DNA from: a virus
Virus record (IMG/VR): IMGVR_UViG_3300028584_001241
DNA length: 64,000 nucleotides
Strand: one strand, 5' to 3'
Positions 57,315-64,000 of the stretch are shown here, in pieces. The position numbers were made by a program, and so were the translations under genes. Under the pieces are notes generated by a model, which saw only the letters and a program-made list of their open reading frames with translations, searched no databases and was not told the DNA's origin. Every line of letters begins with the position of its first letter. Positions within the stretch are counted from its first letter, which is position 1.

Positions 57315-58388
57315 TTATTTCTTTAAATCATTTTCTAAATCGTCATACAAACTGTTTTCGGCTTTGATAGCATTTAATTTTTCAGCTTCTTTTGCAGCGG
57401 CTGCAGCTTTAATCTTATCTTTTTCTGCTTTAATGGCTGCTTCTTTGGCTGCTATCTCATCGGCAGCTATCTTCTTAAAGTCAACGGCAATCACTGGCTT
57501 AACATAAGGTAATACACGGCCCATTACAATTTCTAAGTAATGCTTATCATCAACTTTGATAGATTGTTTTGAATCTGTTTCCAATTTTATCCAGAATACG
57601 TTTGAGGTAACAGATGATTTAATCGCTGGAATCTTAACCTTAGTAAGAACACCTTCTGTTGTTATGACTTCTGTTTCTTCATATGAAGAAATTGCTTTAT
57701 TTGTATAGTCCAATCTAACAGAAACTCTATTATTCTTTTTGTCATACTCTTTTATTTGAATAATATAACCATAACCATACACCAAAGTGCCTAATTCTTC
57801 TTTAACTGTTGCTTTACCTGTCACTTTATCAATGTTTGTTTTTGTGCCGATATAAACATTAGGTTCTTCAACGTAGTTTGAAAAACTAACAATTTTATTT
57901 TTATTGGCTTCATCAGCAAAGGCAACAACTTCTTTATCTGCTTTGTGATCATCAGCAACGCCCGTCATAATACCCATTGCAATTTCATCTTTGCTTAATG
58001 TCTTAGTAATGATGCTTTTGTTAAGTCTTTTAACATTCAGTACAAAGTTAGTGCCAGAAACTGGAACAACAAGCGTAGGCATAGTTTTTGATTTCTCAAC
58101 GACTGGACCAACAACAGCCTTGTCTACATCAATAGGAGTAACAGTCGCTTCTGGTTTTGAAACTTTGGTTTCTTTAACAGGTGTGGAAGCTTTCTTTTCT
58201 ACTTTAACGGTTTCTGTTTTTTTTGTTTCAACGGGTTTCATTTTCTCTTTTTCTGGTGTTTTTGCTGGTGCTGTTGGTGTGTCATTAAGAATATCCGAGA
58301 TATCCATTAAATCATCACCAGACAATTGTGCATTCGCCTGAAAAGAGATACCACTCAATATTGCGAGTGCCAAAATTGTTTTTCTCAT
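57315..58388 (-). CDS. Secreted protein with K/E/P/T-rich linker
   Basis: Signal peptide ANA|Q; AGGAG RBS. Confidence 0.75.
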   Translation of the reverse strand: MRKTILALAILSGISFQANAQLSGDDLMDISDILNDTPTAPAKTPEKEKMKPVETKKTETVKVEKKASTPVKETKVSKPEATVTPIDVDKAVVGPVVEKSKTMPTLVVPVSGTNFVLNVKRLNKSIITKTLSKDEIAMGIMTGVADDHKADKEVVAFADEANKNKIVSFSNYVEEPNVYIGTKTNIDKVTGKATVKEELGTLVYGYGYIIQIKEYDKKNNRVSVRLDYTNKAISSYEETEVITTEGVLTKVKIPAIKSSVTSNVFWIKLETDSKQSIKVDDKHYLEIVMGRVLPYVKPVIAVDFKKIAADEIAAKEAAIKAEKDKIKAAAAAKEAEKLNAIKAENSLYDDLENDLKK

Positions 58389-58438
58389 AAAATTCTCCTG
58401 AAATATATTTTATTAGTGTAATTTATAAAGAATAAAAG

Positions 58439-58648
58439 TCAATTTATACTGTATAGTTTTTTCACCAACTCTTCTGCTAATGCTCGATGTTCCAGAGAGA
58501 AGTTGATTTCAAAGATAACTGAAAGGTCAGTAGACTGTTCACAAGAATAAACAAGTTTTAATTCAGGATGATTTTGATTGACGGAAGTTAAGAACTTTTC
58601 ACAAATGTTTTGTTGTTGGAGATTTTTTTCTATATAGAGTGTGTGCAT
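58439..58648 (-). CDS. Small hypothetical protein
   Basis: 69-aa ORF filling an intergenic gap. Confidence 0.5.
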   Translation of the reverse strand: MHTLYIEKNLQQQNICEKFLTSVNQNHPELKLVYSCEQSTDLSVIFEINFSLEHRALAEELVKKLYSIN

Positions 58649-58850
58649 ATTTTCTTAAATATAGTTGGCTTTATTTTCAGAATAGCATACGGAACATAAA
58701 AAGAAAGCTAATTATTTTTAAACTCATTTATACTTGAATTCATCTAAAAATACAATATCAAACCTTAACCATAACTTAAATTTCAATTCAAAAACTTGAT
58801 TTTTTCATTTTTTCATGTATTATAAGTAAGAAATAACCGGAGGATATCTT

Positions 58851-59144
58851 ATGAAAAAGATCGTATTAGCATTAGCAGCAATTATGGCTTCAGGTGTAGC
58901 ATTTGCAGATGTCAGTGATTCGGAAGCTATTAAATTAAGAGAAAGCGGAACGATTAAAGATGTTAAAGTCTTAAATGATATTGCTATCAAACAATATCCC
59001 GGCACAACAGTAGAATCAACAGAACTTGATCTTGATAATGGAATTTATGTCTATGATGTGGATCTAGTAGACGCTAATAAAGCAGACTTCAACGTCAAAC
59101 TAAATGCGGCAACTGGTGAAGTAATCAAGAAAGAAGTCGATTAA
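58851..59144 (+). CDS. PepSY-domain secreted protein
   Basis: Signal peptide; YPG.V...ELD...G.YVY.V.L...VKLNAATGEV. Confidence 0.85.
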   Translation: MKKIVLALAAIMASGVAFADVSDSEAIKLRESGTIKDVKVLNDIAIKQYPGTTVESTELDLDNGIYVYDVDLVDANKADFNVKLNAATGEVIKKEVD

Positions 59145-59255
59145 AAATAATAAAATGTAAATAAAAGCCTATTAGTAGGCTTTTTTTATTGTTGACTTAT
59201 GGATTGCTAAAGTTACTATATTAGTCAAGTAAGACTACTATAGGAATGATGGATA

Positions 59256-59972
59256 ATGACAAAAGAAACGAGATCTTTATATTTTAAAAATTGGTATGTG
59301 TATGACGTTTTCATTAATTTGGCTTTTTTGATACTAGCGATTGCTTTCTTACAAGTCAACGTTTCACCTGTATTCAACTCAATTTTGATAGTCTTGTATG
59401 GAACTATCTTCATCGCCTCATTACACAATGCATACATCTCAATAAAACATCGAATAATGCCAGACGTGTATTCAGCACTATTTACCAGAACGTTTAAAAC
59501 TGTCATCAAACTCATAGAATTAACCGTCTATTTGAAAGTCGCTTATTACATGTATAAGGTAGATGGAGTATTATTCTTTATCAGTATGGTTATATTAGTA
59601 TTTGCCATGATAAGAATACTATTAACATTAGCTTATATTGGTATGAAATTAAGAGATGAAGGACATCTTTATATTGAAAGCCTAAGAATACCTGTCGAAT
59701 TGAAAAATTATTTAACACTAAACAGATTAATAATTGAAGATTTTGTAAGTGATTTCGATAACGATCCGAGAAACATTATTGATGGCGATCTAAAATTTTC
59801 TAAAATAACAGATCCTGCTCCCGTCAGTTATCATAAATTTAAACCTGAAATATTTATTCTAGATTATAGAAATAATCAGTACAATGTGTTACTTATGAAT
59901 GAATATATTGAAAGGAATAATAAATCATTTAAAGATTTAACAATCAATGAATTAGAAAATTTCAAAATTTAA
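59256..59972 (+). CDS. 4-TM membrane protein of the 16644/17414/20270 family, lacking the final Met tag
   Basis: C-terminus NEYIERNNKSFKDLTINELENFKI. Confidence 0.7.
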   Translation: MTKETRSLYFKNWYVYDVFINLAFLILAIAFLQVNVSPVFNSILIVLYGTIFIASLHNAYISIKHRIMPDVYSALFTRTFKTVIKLIELTVYLKVAYYMYKVDGVLFFISMVILVFAMIRILLTLAYIGMKLRDEGHLYIESLRIPVELKNYLTLNRLIIEDFVSDFDNDPRNIIDGDLKFSKITDPAPVSYHKFKPEIFILDYRNNQYNVLLMNEYIERNNKSFKDLTINELENFKI

Positions 59973-60017
59973 AATAAAAAAAAGAGGCCGAAGCCTCTTT
60001 AAAATTTTTAGAAGTAA

Positions 60018-60392
60018 TTATTCATCAAACATTCCCATCCGTGAGAAATGACGGCCAGCATTACGATCAAAGTTGCAATCAAGTTCTTTAACTTCACCAT
60101 CATCGTCATCATCTTTTTTACGAACGCTCACATATTCAGATGAAGAAATTTTGTTGCCAAATCTAACGTTTTCAATGTATTTTGTGATACGCTTCATCAG
60201 TTTTTTATCAATATCACTGAGTTCTAAATCTTCTACACCATCTACGTCAACTTTTAATACATCAGAGTAGTCTTCTTCAATTTTAGCAAGTTGTTTACGG
60301 GTTGGACCACGATCATCTTTAAGGCCAGTTTCAAATTCAGCCATTGCTTCTTCTAGTTCTTCGATGTCGATGTTGTTATTTTCTGTGATCAT
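60018..60392 (-). CDS. Acidic hypothetical protein
   Basis: 124 aa, AGGAG RBS. Confidence 0.7.
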   Translation of the reverse strand: MITENNNIDIEELEEAMAEFETGLKDDRGPTRKQLAKIEEDYSDVLKVDVDGVEDLELSDIDKKLMKRITKYIENVRFGNKISSSEYVSVRKKDDDDDGEVKELDCNFDRNAGRHFSRMGMFDE

Positions 60393-60641
60393 ACTAATTA
60401 CTCCTGATTTCTAATTTAGTGAGGCTATTCTATCATAACAGTTATACTAAGACAATACTTTAATGCTTATTTTTTAAAAATATTTTATAAATAGGAAAAA
60501 GAAGAGTGTATGTCTAGCACCTGATTTTTTTCTTCTATATATAGCATGGAACTATATTAAAATGAATTGAAAAAAAAGATTGACATATGTGATTTTTCCA
60601 TCATATAATAGCGGAAAGAATTGAAAACAAAAGGAGATTCT

Positions 60642-62921
60642 ATGAGCAATGCTAATATGTCTGAAAGCCTAATTAAAATTTTTGCAGCAATCCGTGGTCA
60701 AGTATTCGATGAGAATAACGGTCTACTTTCTCCTGAATATCTCTTACTGAAAATGGTTGACTTCAGTGATGAGTTCCGAAACATCCTTAATGTTAACAAA
60801 ATTAACGTACATGAACTTCAAAACAATTTGAAAACAACTGTTGAGGTTAACAAACCTCGCACACTAAGTAAAGATCTAAAACATTCCGCAACAATGGAAA
60901 AAATCATGCAACGTACCATTATGAAAATTTTGAGTATTGGTCGCACCGAGCTTGATGAAATCGACTTGTTGATTACTATCCTCGAAACATCACACTTGCC
61001 AGCACAAGAAGCTTTGACTAAGAGCAATGTAAGAATTGAACAACTTGTAGAATACGATAACCAACGCAACAAAGCTGTAATGGAAGAAGAACGTCATGGC
61101 AACAACACTAACGTAAGTCAGTTGGTTCGTTCATTCGTGACGGACCTTACTGAACAAGCAGCACAAGGTAAACTTGAACCAATGATCGGTCGTGTTGAAG
61201 AAGTTGATCGTATTGAGGAAATCCTTTCTCGCCGTAAGAAAAACAACCCAATCATCGTTGGTGATGCTGGTGTTGGTAAAACTGCTGTGGTTGAAGGTTT
61301 GGCTCAAAAAATCGCTTCTGGTAACGTCCATGAATCATTGAAAGGTTTTAAAGTTCTTTCTCTTGATGTTAACGGCATGGTAGCGGGTACTAAGTTCCGT
61401 GGTGATTTGGAAGATCGTGTTAAAAAGATTATTGATGCAGTGTCAAACAACAACACTATTCTTTTCATTGACGAAATCCATAGCATTATCAGTTCTGGTA
61501 AATCCGAAGGTGGCATGGACATTGGTAACACATTGAAGCCTTACTTGTCTTCTGGTAAAATCCGTTGCATCGGTGCTACAACTACTGAGGAATATCGTCA
61601 GGTTTTCGAAAAGAACTCTGCACTTTCTCGCCGTTTCAACAAGGTTGACTTGGATGAACTTTCACCAGAAGCTACTTTGCATGTATTGAAGCAAATCAAA
61701 AGTCAATACGAAAAAGGTCATGGTGTAACGTATGAAGATGCAGCTATCGCTAGTATTGTTAACCTTTCAGCTCGTTTCTTGCACAACAAGAAGTTCCCTG
61801 ATAAGGCCATCGACGTTCTCGATGAAACCGGTGCTTACGCTAAACTTCGTATGACTGAAAAAGTGGTTACTGTTGCTCTTGTAGAAGAAGTTATTTCTAA
61901 AATGGCTAAACAACCTGTTAAAGAAGTTGAAGGTGTTATCAGCGAACAATTGAAAAACCTTGACGCAAATATCAAGAAACAAATTTTCGGTCAAGATGGT
62001 GCTGTTGAAAAGATTGTTGACGCAATCGTGTTGAACAAAAGTGGTTTCGGCTCTGCTGAAAAGCCTATCGGTTCTTACTTGTTCATCGGTCCTACTGGTG
62101 TTGGTAAAACTGAATTGGCTAAACAACTTGCCAAAGAAATGAACATGAGCTTGCTACGTTTTGACATGTCAGAATACATGGAATCTCATACTGTTTCTAA
62201 GTTGATCGGTGCTCCGGCTGGTTATGTGGGTCATGGTAAAGGTGGTTTGCTTACTGAGCAAGTCAACAAGAACCCTTACTCTGTTATCCTCTTGGACGAA
62301 TTTGAGAAGGCTAACCCTGATGTATTTAACGCTTTCTTGCAAGTGCTTGATTATGGTTTCATGACGGACTCAGAAGGTCGTAAAATCGACTTCCGTAACA
62401 CTGTTATCATCATGACATCAAACGCGGGTATCAAGTTGTCTGCACAAGAGAAAAACGGTATCGGTTTTGTTAAGAATGAACAAATAGTAAGCAGTTTGGT
62501 AAACTGGGATCAAGTGAATAAAATCTTTGCTCCTGAATTCCGTAACCGTCTTGATGGCATGGTAGAGTTTAAAGCGATTGATAAAGAGATGATCTTGAAC
62601 ATCGTGAACAAAAACCTTGCTCCAATCTATGCAGAAGCGGCTAAAAAAGGCTTTACACTTGAAGTTGAAAAAGCAGTGTTGGATGAGTTGTCAGCGAAGG
62701 GTTATGAGCCAGCAATGGGTGCCCGTCCAGTAGCTCGTGTTGTGAGAGAGCTTATTGCTCTACCACTTGCCAAGCTTGTAACCTTCACACAGTTGCCAGA
62801 GAAATCTGTCATTCAAGCTGTAATGAAAGATGGTAAAGTTGAATTTGTGATTGGTTGCGATGTTGAGGTCAAAAAACCTGCAACTCGCCGTTCAAAAGCA
62901 AAAGTAGCGACTACTGAGTAA
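60642..62921 (+). CDS. clpA: ATP-dependent Clp protease ATPase subunit, ClpA-like
   Basis: Two AAA+ modules ([16 protein letters not shown]), [19 protein letters not shown] ClpP-docking loop, no ClpB M-domain; AAGGAG RBS. Confidence 0.9.
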   Translation: MSNANMSESLIKIFAAIRGQVFDENNGLLSPEYLLLKMVDFSDEFRNILNVNKINVHELQNNLKTTVEVNKPRTLSKDLKHSATMEKIMQRTIMKILSIGRTELDEIDLLITILETSHLPAQEALTKSNVRIEQLVEYDNQRNKAVMEEERHGNNTNVSQLVRSFVTDLTEQAAQGKLEPMIGRVEEVDRIEEILSRRKKNNPIIVGDAGVGKTAVVEGLAQKIASGNVHESLKGFKVLSLDVNGMVAGTKFRGDLEDRVKKIIDAVSNNNTILFIDEIHSIISSGKSEGGMDIGNTLKPYLSSGKIRCIGATTTEEYRQVFEKNSALSRRFNKVDLDELSPEATLHVLKQIKSQYEKGHGVTYEDAAIASIVNLSARFLHNKKFPDKAIDVLDETGAYAKLRMTEKVVTVALVEEVISKMAKQPVKEVEGVISEQLKNLDANIKKQIFGQDGAVEKIVDAIVLNKSGFGSAEKPIGSYLFIGPTGVGKTELAKQLAKEMNMSLLRFDMSEYMESHTVSKLIGAPAGYVGHGKGGLLTEQVNKNPYSVILLDEFEKANPDVFNAFLQVLDYGFMTDSEGRKIDFRNTVIIMTSNAGIKLSAQEKNGIGFVKNEQIVSSLVNWDQVNKIFAPEFRNRLDGMVEFKAIDKEMILNIVNKNLAPIYAEAAKKGFTLEVEKAVLDELSAKGYEPAMGARPVARVVRELIALPLAKLVTFTQLPEKSVIQAVMKDGKVEFVIGCDVEVKKPATRRSKAKVATTE

Positions 62922-62942
62922 TCAATAGTAAAGCAACACAAG

Positions 62943-62968
62943 AAAGAGCCAGCGATGGCTCTTTTTTT
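62943..62968 (+). terminator. Intrinsic terminator after clpA
   Basis: aaagagcca-gcga-tggctctttttt. Confidence 0.85.
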
Positions 62969-63064
62969 ATTGGTATAAATTAACGTATAGAATTTCGTAT
63001 ACGATATTTATTTTAATTGACATGGGCCTAAAAAATGTTTAAATAATGTAAAATAGGTTAAAAA

Positions 63065-63913
63065 ATGATAGATAAAAAAGATGAATGGTTAAAAGAAGCA
63101 ACTTATAAATTAGCATTATTAACAGAGTTTGAGGGGCATTTTCTAGTTCCTGATGGAAAGACACTTAACGCATTTTTAAAACGACCTACCTTAATATTAA
63201 AAATGATGAATAAAGGATATCCAGATATATGTCAAGAAGCCTTGGACCAATATGAGAATTTTGAAAAAAATAAAAGTTCTATAACACTAGATAAAGATGA
63301 TCTGAAAGAATTAGAGCAATCTTATGAAAAAGGATTATCACCAAGTGAAGCTGCCATTAATATCATTAAGTTTTGTGACACACCAGCAGAAGCGGGTAGA
63401 TACATAGCAAGTTATAATCCAGATATGTTTTCTACATTATTCATAATAGGTATATTCATCGGTATATTAGGCACTGCTTTTTATTTGTATGGAGCGGTAA
63501 AGGAAAAGGTTGCTGTCAGAGATGCATCAGAACATATGTTAACTGTTTACAAGAATGCTGAAGAGTTTAATGAAAAACAGAATGACAATTTAAATAATGA
63601 AAAAGCCATTAAATCTGGGATAGTTCCAAAAGAAATGAAAGTTGAAGAGAATAAAATAACCAATGCATGGGAAGGTGCTGTTGTAATTGAAAGCACTCCA
63701 AGCTTTTTTAAATTAACTTATGCTCATGTGCCCACTCATGATAGCTGTGTAGAATTTTTAGAAAAACAAAAAAATACAGGATGGAATTCGGTTGTTGTAG
63801 GAACTCAAAAATTTGAAAATTACAGTGAGATAACTAAATTAGAACTTTTAAAAGCCTGTGATTTAGAAGATGATCATGTTGATATGATTTTCGAAAAAAA
63901 TAAAACGATGTAA
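63065..63913 (+). CDS. Membrane protein with C-terminal PilS-like type IVb pilin domain
   Basis: TM, then AIKSGIVP, ITNAWEGAV.I, FKLTYAHVP..SC..F, terminal C. Confidence 0.7.
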   Translation: MIDKKDEWLKEATYKLALLTEFEGHFLVPDGKTLNAFLKRPTLILKMMNKGYPDICQEALDQYENFEKNKSSITLDKDDLKELEQSYEKGLSPSEAAINIIKFCDTPAEAGRYIASYNPDMFSTLFIIGIFIGILGTAFYLYGAVKEKVAVRDASEHMLTVYKNAEEFNEKQNDNLNNEKAIKSGIVPKEMKVEENKITNAWEGAVVIESTPSFFKLTYAHVPTHDSCVEFLEKQKNTGWNSVVVGTQKFENYSEITKLELLKACDLEDDHVDMIFEKNKTM

Positions 63914-64000
63914 ATTAGAACAAAAAAAGAACTTGTTAACCAAGTTCTTTTTCAACAAGCCCTTTTAATTTACTCATGTCTGTTTTACCATTCAATTGAC

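Noticed and set aside
57991-62126. Antisense ORFs inside 57315..58388, clpA and neighbouring genes
   Set aside because: Fully overlap well-supported genes on the opposite strand; typical codon-bias shadows.
1-64000. Genome-wide TAG recoding (genetic code 15)
   Set aside because: Coding density is high under code 11, and TAG ends genes exactly where paralogs end in TAA (23661 vs 24640 and 22654). The in-frame ambers are limited to two gene starts.
1-64000. CRISPR array, IS/transposase, integrase, rRNA, phage structural genes
   Set aside because: No regularly spaced repeats or recognisable motifs seen; repeated sequence is explained by tRNA copies and paralogous genes.

Overview
AT-rich (roughly 30% GC by eye), gene-dense stretch of a very large mobile replicon (jumbo phage or giant plasmid-like element). 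No capsid, replication or conjugation core genes lie in the window, so the element type is unresolved. Most genes are short, sit on both strands, and many have their own sigma70-type promoters and intrinsic terminators. The OmpA/YiaD-like lipoprotein and PepSY protein look gammaproteobacterial (Pseudomonas-like, from recall). Recognisable cargo: Rnl2-type RNA ligase, GNAT, metallophosphoesterase, three DEDDh exonucleases, ART-PolyVal/zincin polyvalent protein, three HAD phosphatases, NUDIX, HipA-like kinase, Zn-ribbon endonuclease, three OmpA-domain lipoproteins, MazG-like, Pth2, HD hydrolase, Sir2/CobB, SufE, a CoaD-CoaE fusion, RlmN-like radical SAM, SLOG, OM beta-barrel, PepSY, ClpA, pilin-like proteins and many paralog families. 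A minus-strand tRNA array (25.6-27.8 kb) holds only Ala, Arg and CAT-anticodon (Ile2/Met) tRNAs plus tRNA-like oddities. Three main findings: (1) upstream of the array is an unannotated his-operon-style attenuator whose 13-aa leader has the run ATA-AGA-GCC-AGA-GCG-ATA, the codons read by the downstream tRNAs, suggesting a tRNA operon that senses shortage of its own products; (2) pth2 and an HD gene in one operon both start with a 2-3 codon minigene ending in an in-frame amber in the identical context TG-TAG-ATT-GAT-AA, suggesting programmed readthrough; (3) about 15 mostly unrelated proteins share a C-terminal hydrophobic-hydrophobic-x-Met-x-x-hydrophobic-COOH tag.
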